From Candidatus Fraserbacteria bacterium (GTDB lineage: Bacteria; Bipolaricaulota; Bipolaricaulia; RBG-16-55-9), in contig JBBIOR010000016.1 in NCBI GenBank assembly GCA_037443265.1, forward strand, positions 16,707 through 40,830: a DNA stretch of 24,124 bases, in the 5' to 3' direction. The notes below the pieces were generated by a model. That model had not been told where the DNA came from and searched no databases. It saw only the letters and a list, made by a program, of their open reading frames with translations. Both the position numbers and the translations under genes were made by a program. This document shows, in pieces, positions 17,380 through 24,124 of this stretch. Position 1 is the first letter of the stretch. The number at the start of each line of letters is the position of its first letter.

Positions 17380-18192
17380 CTAACAGCGAAGGGCAAGATG
17401 CTGGGTGATCTCTCGCAGCCGAGCCGCCTCTCCCCCAAAGGACATGAGAGCTGCCAGCGCCTCTTCCGTGTGCATTTTCAGCTGCCCGGCCAGCTCCTGC
17501 GGGCTTGTGAAAGCTTCGCCGTCCCGCATATCATCCCTCAGTTGATACGCCAGCCCCAGTTGAGTCCCGAATTGTCTGAGTCTGCGGAGCGGGTCCCCGC
17601 TCATGCCGCCGAGAATGGCACCAGCGGCCAGCGAGGCCTCAAACAGAGCCGCCGTCTTGCGGCGATAGACCTCCGGCCATAGCCTCCGCTCGCCCGCGAG
17701 ATCGAGCAGCTGTCCGCCCGTAAGCCCCCGCCAGCCCAGGGCCTGCGCCCAGATGGACAGCACCTTAAGCACCCGCTTCGCAGGAGAGAATTTCAGCTGC
17801 TCTTGTAGGATCAGCTCAAAGCCTAGGGGAAGGAGCGAGTCTCCCACTAAGATGGCCGTGGCCTCGCCGAAGCGCACGTGCACGGTGGGTCGGCCGCGCC
17901 TCTCGAGGTCATTGTCCATGGCCGGCAGATCATCGTGGACGAGCGAGTAGGCATGGAAGCACTCCACGGCGGCGGCTGTGGGCAGCACGCTCTCGGCTCT
18001 CTCTCCCGCGAGCTGCGCGGCTTCCATCACGAGAATGGCTCGAATCCGCTTGCCGCCCTCCAGCGCATATCTCATGGCTTCGAGCAGTTCGCTCACCAAG
18101 GGATCGCAAGAGCCCGCGAATCGCTCGCTCAAGTAGCGATCTACCCAGAGGCGGCGCTCATCCAGATACGCTTCGAGTTCCATCGTTCCCAT
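17380..18192 (-). CDS. ispA: Short-chain polyprenyl (farnesyl/geranylgeranyl) diphosphate synthase
   Basis: GGKRIR, YSLVHDDLPAMD..RRGRP, GQ.LD, KT and YQLRDDMRD motifs. Start is 18192 or 18183. Confidence 0.9.
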   Translation of the reverse strand: MGTMELEAYLDERRLWVDRYLSERFAGSCDPLVSELLEAMRYALEGGKRIRAILVMEAAQLAGERAESVLPTAAAVECFHAYSLVHDDLPAMDNDLERRGRPTVHVRFGEATAILVGDSLLPLGFELILQEQLKFSPAKRVLKVLSIWAQALGWRGLTGGQLLDLAGERRLWPEVYRRKTAALFEASLAAGAILGGMSGDPLRRLRQFGTQLGLAYQLRDDMRDGEAFTSPQELAGQLKMHTEEALAALMSFGGEAARLREITQHLALRC

Positions 18193-18242
18193 CTCAGAGT
18201 AAAGAGTACACGAGTGGGCGCGCCTACGGCAAGCGGAGGCAG

Positions 18243-18271
18243 TTGCTGTGATCGAAAGACTCAGCTAAACT
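18243..18271 (+). promoter_or_regulatory. Promoter predicted to give a leaderless dtd mRNA
   Basis: TTGCTG-17 bp-TAAACT, then 7 nt to ATG 18279; no SD. Confidence 0.55.
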
Positions 18272-18278
18272 CTGGCAC

Positions 18279-18734
18279 ATGCGTCTAGTAGTTCAGCGGG
18301 TCCGAGAAGCGCGTGTGCGCGTCGAAAATGAGACCGTTGGAGAGATCGGGCCTGGGCTTCTGGTGCTCGTGGGCGTGGGCCGCGAGGACAGCGAATCCGA
18401 GGCGGCGGCTCTGGCTGAGAAAGTCGTCCATCTGAGAATCTTCGAGGACGAGCAGGGCAAGATGAATCGTTCGCTTCTCGAGGTAGGCGGCGAAATTTTG
18501 GCTGTCTCACAGTTCACGCTCTACGGCGATGTGAGCCGGGGCCGGCGGCCCAGCTTTGAGAAGGCCGCGCCGCCCGAGCAGGCGGAAAGAATCTTCGAGC
18601 ATTTCGTCTCGGAGTTGAAAGAATATATGCCTGCGGTGGCCACGGGCCGCTTTCGGGCCAAAATGCAGGTCTTTCTCATTAACGACGGCCCGGTGACCCT
18701 CCTTCTAGAAAGTTGCCCGCAAGCCCCGACTTGA
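18279..18734 (+). CDS. dtd: D-aminoacyl-tRNA deacylase
   Basis: [19 protein letters not shown] and NDGPVT motifs. Confidence 0.96.
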   Translation: MRLVVQRVREARVRVENETVGEIGPGLLVLVGVGREDSESEAAALAEKVVHLRIFEDEQGKMNRSLLEVGGEILAVSQFTLYGDVSRGRRPSFEKAAPPEQAERIFEHFVSELKEYMPAVATGRFRAKMQVFLINDGPVTLLLESCPQAPT

Positions 18735-18760
18735 AATCCCCCTCCGCCATGGCTTAGAAT
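18731..18760 (+). promoter_or_regulatory. Promoter for rpmF
   Basis: TTGAAA-18 bp-TAGAAT. Confidence 0.6.
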
Positions 18761-18772
18761 ACAGCCTGCACT

Positions 18773-18961
18773 ATGAGCACTCCGAAATATCGACGATCGC
18801 GCTCTGAGAAGCGCAAGCATCGCGGAGGGTGGCGCTTGCCGCGGGTGACGGTGAGCGAATGCTCGCGCTGCCATGAGCCCAAACTCCCCCACCGAGTCTG
18901 CACCCATTGCGGCTACTATGGCGATTTGGAGGTCTTACACATCACCGAAGAGGAAGAGTAG
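18773..18961 (+). CDS. rpmF: 50S ribosomal protein L32 (zinc-ribbon C+ form)
   Basis: PK.R.S basic N-terminus and CSRC...KLPHRVCTHCGYY. Confidence 0.93.
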   Translation: MSTPKYRRSRSEKRKHRGGWRLPRVTVSECSRCHEPKLPHRVCTHCGYYGDLEVLHITEEEE

Positions 18962-18964
18962 CGC

Positions 18965-19069
18965 ATGTGGATCTTCAATCCTCCTGGCTCTCCCGGCGGG
19001 TACATGGCCTTGGTGCTCGCTTTAGGAACATTCATCTATCTGATCTACGCTTTCTATCGCTATCGCTAG
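18965..19069 (+). CDS. Small single-TM protein (34 aa), not in the ORF track
   Basis: MWIFNPPGSPGGYMALVLALGTFIYLIYAFYRYR*; starts 3 nt after the rpmF stop, with GAGGA upstream. Confidence 0.6.
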   Translation: MWIFNPPGSPGGYMALVLALGTFIYLIYAFYRYR

Positions 19070-19113
19070 CGGCTCTTTCGAGTTCTCTGAGGACCGCAAG
19101 GAGTGGAGGCTGA

Positions 19114-19330
19114 TCGCCCAAGACAACCGGAGCCGAGATTGAGATCGATGCCCAGGGGGGACCCTTTAGAGCAGCCCAGAGAAACGCCATCACCCGAAAT
19201 GAAATTGAATCAGTAGGCGGCCTAGAGATCGGTCCAGGCTCCAGCTCAAACGCCATCACCGAGAACAAGCCCCGGGTCTTCTACGGCGTACAGCTCATGG
19301 GGGCAGGGAACATCCCAGATGAAGCTGCAC
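19114..19330 (+). pseudogene. Possible remnant of a parallel beta-helix (PbH1/NosD-like) repeat gene
   Basis: An open frame with no ATG before 19297 reads RNAITRNEIESVGGLEIGPGSSSNAITEN...YGVQLMGAGN; AAACGCCATCACC repeats at a 66-bp period. Confidence 0.4.
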
Positions 19331-19401
19331 CGTCGGTCGCTCCAGGGGTCGTGCTCCATCGAATTTGTGGAAGGCCAAACGCGCCCCTTTTGTATCGAAC
19401 A

Positions 19402-20541
19402 TCACAAAGGCTTCCGTTGGCCAGCGTGGTGGGACCGCCGGGCGATCGCTTCATCAAGGAGCTGAAGAGCTTCCCCCCGCTGATCTAATAGCCGACGGCC
19501 CGTTTTTTTGAGCCCCTCCTGCAGCAGCCCATGCACAACAAAGGGGAAGACGGCGGTGACCTCCGTAAAGACGTACTGCGAGTTCTTCGCGTAATCCGCG
19601 GAGGTCTTGCCCCACGTGTGGGCCTCCCCGGCCGTACAAGAACTCAGGCCGCCGTTTTGAACATGGGCGTCGCAGAACTGCACGTCGCAGTCGTAGCCTT
19701 CGACGTCCAGCCCGCAGATTTGAGAGAGATACGGCTCCGGCTGGAGCGAGTAATTCTTGGGTACCCCTCCCCCCAAGATGATGATGCTCAACTTCTTACT
19801 CCAGCGTGACTTCGCCAGCCAGTGATAGGCCCCGAATTCATGAATGTCTGTCTCAATGTCGATGGCGAATTTGAACTTTTTGCCCAAACGCCGCTTCATG
19901 TACGCCACGTTCAAATGAATAGACGCATCCTGAGGGGCTCCGCAGAAGATCGGAACGCGCTGCAAATGGGCCTGCACGAGCAGACTGCGCGACTGCTGGG
20001 GAGCGCGCCCAAAACGCTCTCGCTCGAGCTCTGCCACATATTGGCCCAGCAGATCATGAAACTCCGGCGTGGTCATGCGCCTCTGGAAGGGCTTTTTGAG
20101 GAGAAGCTCTTGCAGAAATTTATCGGTGCGATAGAGGTCTTCCTCAGGGAAGATGAGGTCATAGATGCGCGTGTAGCCCTGCCGGCGCAGCCAGCGATCA
20201 TCCGTGTTGGGATCGATCGCGTAAAACTCGCCCCGAAGCGTGCGCTGCAGATCATGATAGATGTTCGCTCCGGTGGTAGTAAGAATATCTATGATGCCTC
20301 TTTGAATGAGCGGGATGAGGCAGGTGGTGGCCAGATCGGCCGGGGTCATCGCCCCGGAGACGGCCAGGACGATCGTGTGATCCTCCCGGATCATCCGTCG
20401 AATGATCTCATAGGCTGTCGCCAGCTCTCGGCCCACAAAGGCCTTGAAGGCCTTCTCTATGAGCTCTGCGGTGGTCTCATCTCCCCGGATGGCTTGAGTT
20501 TCGACTTTCGGGCCCAAAAAACGCCTCTCTTTGCGTGCCAT
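19402..20541 (-). CDS. Deoxyhypusine synthase-like protein
   Basis: SGAMT, TTGANIYHD, RIYD, ILGGGVPKN and GGLSSC...EAHTWGK motifs; AAGGAGG SD before ATG 20541. Confidence 0.9.
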   Translation of the reverse strand: MARKERRFLGPKVETQAIRGDETTAELIEKAFKAFVGRELATAYEIIRRMIREDHTIVLAVSGAMTPADLATTCLIPLIQRGIIDILTTTGANIYHDLQRTLRGEFYAIDPNTDDRWLRRQGYTRIYDLIFPEEDLYRTDKFLQELLLKKPFQRRMTTPEFHDLLGQYVAELERERFGRAPQQSRSLLVQAHLQRVPIFCGAPQDASIHLNVAYMKRRLGKKFKFAIDIETDIHEFGAYHWLAKSRWSKKLSIIILGGGVPKNYSLQPEPYLSQICGLDVEGYDCDVQFCDAHVQNGGLSSCTAGEAHTWGKTSADYAKNSQYVFTEVTAVFPFVVHGLLQEGLKKTGRRLLDQRGEALQLLDEAIARRSHHAGQRKPL

Positions 20542-20605
20542 GAAGGACCCTCCTTCCAGATGTGACAAGAGCTTAGCGACCATGGCTGGATTTTCCAATG
20601 GCACG

Positions 20606-21259
20606 CTAGCGGCCTTTCAGATAGGCTTTAATCCCGGCCAGAACGGCTTCCGCAATGAGGGCCTGATACCCGAGGGATTGCAGTTGGACTTCCCCTTGGG
20701 GATGAGTGATGAAGCCAGACTCTACGATCACGGCGGGCATCTTGGCCCAGCGGATATAAAGGGGCTGACGCTTCACTCCCCGATCGGGGATGCCCCGAGC
20801 CAGCAGCCGCGCCCTGAGCTCTTGCTGGATCAGCTGGGCTAGTTTGAGATTCTGTGCGTATAGTGCGCTCTCTGGATCGTTGTGGATAAGCGTCTCGATG
20901 CCCTGGACTCTGGGGTTGGGATGCGCGTTGGAGTGGATGCTCACGTAGAGCGCCGCCCCGAGCTGATTGGCCAGATCCGTGCGATCGCGAAGCGGCAGCG
21001 TAGCATCGTAACGTCGGGTGAGCACGATCTCGATCTCAGGGTCTCCTAGGGCGAGGATCTCAATCATGCGGGCGATCTCGAGATTGATCTGCTTCTCGCG
21101 GGCGCCGCCAGGGCCGATCGCGCCGGGGTCGCTCCCGCCGTGGCCAGCGTCGATCACTACCAGCCAACGAGGGGCGGCGTGACTCTCTCCCAAGCCTCCC
21201 ATAAGAGAAATAAGGACGACAAGCAGAGCGGCGAGAAGACCCCTCCAGCTCTCTTTCAT
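20606..21259 (-). CDS. N-acetylmuramoyl-L-alanine amidase (Amidase_3) with signal peptide
   Basis: IDAGHGGSDPGA, EK..NL, SIHSNA and PAVIVESGFITH motifs. Confidence 0.93.
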   Translation of the reverse strand: MKESWRGLLAALLVVLISLMGGLGESHAAPRWLVVIDAGHGGSDPGAIGPGGAREKQINLEIARMIEILALGDPEIEIVLTRRYDATLPLRDRTDLANQLGAALYVSIHSNAHPNPRVQGIETLIHNDPESALYAQNLKLAQLIQQELRARLLARGIPDRGVKRQPLYIRWAKMPAVIVESGFITHPQGEVQLQSLGYQALIAEAVLAGIKAYLKGR

Positions 21260-21345
21260 CTCACGCCTCCTTGCTCACCAGGGCACGGGGAAGAGCATAG
21301 CACAGCGGGCCAGAGGAGGCCGGTGATGCAAATTACGCCTGCTTT

Positions 21346-22476
21346 TTAGCGCTGAATATAAACGCGGGCTACGCGGCGAGAGAGCGCGGTGAGCACGACT
21401 TCCGTAAAGCGCGCTCCGATCCGACGGGCGATCTCTTCGGCCGGGAGCGCATCGCTGATCAGCTCCACCTCATCGCCCACTCGGACCCCGGGGATCTCCG
21501 TCACATCGACGGTGAGCTGATCCATGGAGATGCCTCCGACGATGGGGGCGCGCCGTCCGCGGATGACGACCTCTCCCTGGCAGCCCAGCTTAGGGTTGAT
21601 CCCATCGGCATAGCCCACGGGCAGCGTGGCGATCAAGCGCTCGGAAGGAGTCTGATATTTTCTCCCGTAGCCGATGTACCGCCCAGGCGGCATCTTCTTG
21701 AGGCAGACTACCCAACTGAGAAGCGACATCGGGGGGCGGATCCCTTCTGTCCAGGGGCGGCGGACTTCCGGGTAGCCGTAGAGCAGCACCCCCGGACGGA
21801 CCATGTTGTAATACCCCCTCGTGACTTCGTCTTCATATTGGATGAGCCCGGAGGAGTTGGCAATGTGCACCAGAGGCGGCAGTATTCCGGCTCGATCGAG
21901 TTCCTTCAAAAGCTGATTGAATGTCTTGATCTGCAGGCGCGTGTACTCCTGATCCCCAGGCTCTTCGCTGTAGGAGACGCTGAAATGGCTGAAGATCCCT
22001 TCAATTTCGATGTGAGGACATTCTTGATGGAGCCACTCCACAAAGCGCACGGCGTCTTCGGCCAGCATGCCGTTTCGCCCCATGCCCGTGTCCACTTTGA
22101 CGTGGGCCTTGACGATCTTTTTCATGGGGGAGGCCGCCCGCTCAAGGGAAGAGGCCATCTCCGGAGTCGAGACCGTGACGGTGACGTCGGCTTCGATGAG
22201 CTCTCTAGCCAGTTCTGGGCGGGAGCTGGAGAGGATCAAGATGGGAATTCGAATGCCGGCCTGGCGCAGCTCTAGGGCTTCTAAGAGATTGGCCACGCCT
22301 AGATAATCTACGCCCATCTCTTCCGCCACCCGGCAGATGCCGACGGCCCCGTGGCCGTAGCCGTCGGCCTTTACAGGAAAGAGCAGCTTGACCCGGCCCA
22401 GACGCTGCTTTACGATCTCGATGTTGCGCCTTAGCCGCTCCAGATCGATCCGGGCCTCGGCCATGTGGATGCCCAT
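21346..22476 (-). CDS. alr: Alanine racemase
   Basis: VKADGYGHG, KVDTGMGRNG, HIANS, VRPG, GYG, GYADG and SMDQ motifs. The track ATG 22491 overlaps a TATAAT box (22495-22490), so the start was set at 22476. Confidence 0.94.
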   Translation of the reverse strand: MGIHMAEARIDLERLRRNIEIVKQRLGRVKLLFPVKADGYGHGAVGICRVAEEMGVDYLGVANLLEALELRQAGIRIPILILSSSRPELARELIEADVTVTVSTPEMASSLERAASPMKKIVKAHVKVDTGMGRNGMLAEDAVRFVEWLHQECPHIEIEGIFSHFSVSYSEEPGDQEYTRLQIKTFNQLLKELDRAGILPPLVHIANSSGLIQYEDEVTRGYYNMVRPGVLLYGYPEVRRPWTEGIRPPMSLLSWVVCLKKMPPGRYIGYGRKYQTPSERLIATLPVGYADGINPKLGCQGEVVIRGRRAPIVGGISMDQLTVDVTEIPGVRVGDEVELISDALPAEEIARRIGARFTEVVLTALSRRVARVYIQR

Positions 22477-22509
22477 AGTCTCACCAGGCATTATAGGCAG
22501 AGGGAGGCC

Positions 22510-22800
22510 AAAGAAAAGGACACGATTCTCCGGGAGGAGGCCCCAGCCGTCCCTCAGTCTTTGGGCTTATCGCTGGGGATAGCTTTGGAGGAGGGCGGCA
22601 AGGGGAGGAGGCACTTGCCGCGGGCCCCTCGCAGGAGCAACCCCTGAAACTTCACCTGGCGATGGGCCCGCCGAAGACGGCGTTGTAAGCGCATAAGCTC
22701 CCTGCGACGCGCTGAGGAGATCACTCAGTCCCTCCCTGGACTCCTGCCGCATATGCCCCTCGACTCCTCGTCCCTCTCGGAGCTGACCGCCATTCCAGCT
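22510..22800 (-). ncRNA. Candidate structured RNA of about 290 nt (or structured leader/small ORF)
   Basis: Array of GC-rich hairpins, minus-strand TATGAT at 22807-22802, CCUUUUCUUU end, three CCUCCUCC motifs. Confidence 0.4.
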
Positions 22801-22853
22801 TATCATAGACATAGCGGATTCTGACAGGATCTTCTGTAACTTCGGACACATAA

Positions 22854-23471
22854 TCAGAGATTCTTGGCTCTTCTGCGCAACTCAGAGAGGAGCGCTTTGG
22901 CGCGCTGGATCGTCTCTTGGGGCTCGCCGCCGCTTTCGATCACGAAATCAGCGCGCTTACGCTTCTCCTCCGGAGGCGTTTGCGACCGGATCTTCTGGAG
23001 CGCTGCCTCGCGGCTGAGCCCATCGCGCTGCATGAGCCGACGCAACTGCTCCTTAGGGTCGACCCAGACCATCACATAGCAATCAAAGAAATCTCGAGCG
23101 ACCGGCTCGAATTCAAGCAGTAGAGCCGCTTCGACGATCAAGATCTCAACCCCTTGAGCTTCATAGGAACGGGCCAACTCCCTCAAGCGCCGGAGAACCA
23201 CAGGATGGACTGTGCAATTTAAGAAGTCTCGTTCTTTGGGATTCTGGAAGACCAGGGTCCCCAGGGCATGGCGATTGATGGTTCCATCGGGCTTTAAGAT
23301 CTTTGAGCCGAAGTGCTCGACGAGTCTTTCATAGACTTCGGTGCCTGGCTGATAGGTCTCCCAGGCGATCTTGTCCGCGTCGATGACGGCCACTCCCGGC
23401 TCTCCTTTCAGAGCTCGAGCGATGGTGCTCTTGCCGCTGGCGATTCCACCTGTGAGGCCCACGATGAGCAT
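22854..23471 (-). CDS. coaE: Dephospho-CoA kinase
   Basis: VGLTGGIASGKST, IDAD, HP and RLMQRDG motifs. Confidence 0.95.
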   Translation of the reverse strand: MLIVGLTGGIASGKSTIARALKGEPGVAVIDADKIAWETYQPGTEVYERLVEHFGSKILKPDGTINRHALGTLVFQNPKERDFLNCTVHPVVLRRLRELARSYEAQGVEILIVEAALLLEFEPVARDFFDCYVMVWVDPKEQLRRLMQRDGLSREAALQKIRSQTPPEEKRKRADFVIESGGEPQETIQRAKALLSELRRRAKNL

Positions 23472-23482
23472 TTCAGCTCATC

Positions 23483-24049
23483 TTAGCGCATGGCGGTCCG
23501 GATGTCCGGTCTGCTTGTCGGGGCTTGCTGCGGGGCGAGGGGGAGCCAATGACGGAAGGTCAACAGGGCCCAGATGATGAGGGCCGAAGCCTGCTCGCCC
23601 AGGCCGCCGACGATCTGCGCCAGCCCGTAGAGGCTCTGCTGGCCATAGACGACGGATTGATAGTTGGCAGCCACACTGAGGGTGATGTCCAAGAAATGGA
23701 AGCCCATTTGCCAGAGGAGCGCTGCGGCTGTCCAGGCGAGTCTCCTTCGGAGCTGTAGGCGGGGAGTGGCGAGCATCAGCGCTGTAAGAAGGAGCATATT
23801 GAACGTGATGGCCTCTAGGATGGTCGTGGTGTGGATGGTGAGGAGCTGTGTGCCTTGGACGGCGGTCAGGCTGATTCTGATCTGATGGGCGTTGGCTTGG
23901 ATCTGGGCTGAAGGAAGCCAAGCGTGGGCCAGTGCCGCTAGCAGCTGGGAGTAGGCGGGTGCGAGGAGGGGCCAGAGCAGGGCCAGCCCCAGCAGCGCTC
24001 CCAGGGACTTGGCCACGAAGAGGAGCAGCTCACGTGCGCTGAGCCTCAT
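23483..24049 (-). CDS. Multi-pass membrane protein, exosortase H-associated-like
   Basis: Four hydrophobic segments and an LLLTALMLATP motif; no Cys; overlaps the end of the exosortase-like gene. Confidence 0.6.
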   Translation of the reverse strand: MRLSARELLLFVAKSLGALLGLALLWPLLAPAYSQLLAALAHAWLPSAQIQANAHQIRISLTAVQGTQLLTIHTTTILEAITFNMLLLTALMLATPRLQLRRRLAWTAAALLWQMGFHFLDITLSVAANYQSVVYGQQSLYGLAQIVGGLGEQASALIIWALLTFRHWLPLAPQQAPTSRPDIRTAMR

Positions 24050-24124
24050 AGCGATGCACGAAGACTTCTACCCACACCAGCCAGAACAAGACCGCAAAGA
24101 AGATGATCAGCGACTGCCACACCA
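24030..24124 (-). CDS. C-terminus of a probable exosortase H/archaeosortase-family protein (partial)
   Basis: Frame from 24122 reads VWQSLIIFFAVLFWLVWVEVFVHRYEAQRT*, like the WQ.L...W..W last helix of the family. Confidence 0.55.
   Translation of the reverse strand, partial: VWQSLIIFFAVLFWLVWVEVFVHRYEAQRT

Noticed and set aside
22510..22810. tmRNA, SRP RNA or RNase P RNA (prompted by smpB in the window)
   Set aside because: No tRNA-Ala-like ends, no SRP domain IV motif (CAGG..GGAA..AGCAG) and no RNase P P4 consensus seen.
22567..22851. 94-aa ORF from the track
   Set aside because: Ser/Pro/Gly-rich with no recognisable domain, and it spans a -10-like box. The shorter 61-codon version is kept only as an alternative reading of the structured element.

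Overview
A GC-rich bacterial core-genome window with no mobile element, CRISPR array or rRNA. The mix of bacterial housekeeping genes and archaeal-like enzymes would fit a deep-branching lineage such as Ca. Bipolaricaulota, but that is unverified inference. It holds about 30 CDSs: beta-propeller protein, acyP, methyltransferase, hup, yjjX, smpB, nucleotidyltransferase, mdh, an orphan, rpsT, recJ, WecG/TagA, dinB, creatininase, MBL hydrolase, AhpD/CMD, a split B12 acyl-CoA mutase, RNase HI, menG, Asp23, ispA, dtd, rpmF, a deoxyhypusine synthase-like protein, amidase, alr, coaE and an exosortase pair. There is also one tRNA(CAT), probably Ile2. The most interesting observations are: (1) two hairpin-dense intergenic regions (~1000-1290 and ~22510-22810) that share a minus-strand TATGAT box, a U-rich end and anti-SD-like CCUCCU loops, and may be undescribed structured RNAs; (2) two small proteins missing from the ORF track (a 37-aa Lys/Arg-rich protein and a 34-aa single-TM protein); (3) a probable AUU start for rpsT; (4) isobutyryl-CoA-mutase residues in the mutase; (5) a CCA-less tRNA 4 nt from the RNase H start; (6) an orphan with faint BshC-like motifs. 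All calls were made by eye; no searches or folding were run.
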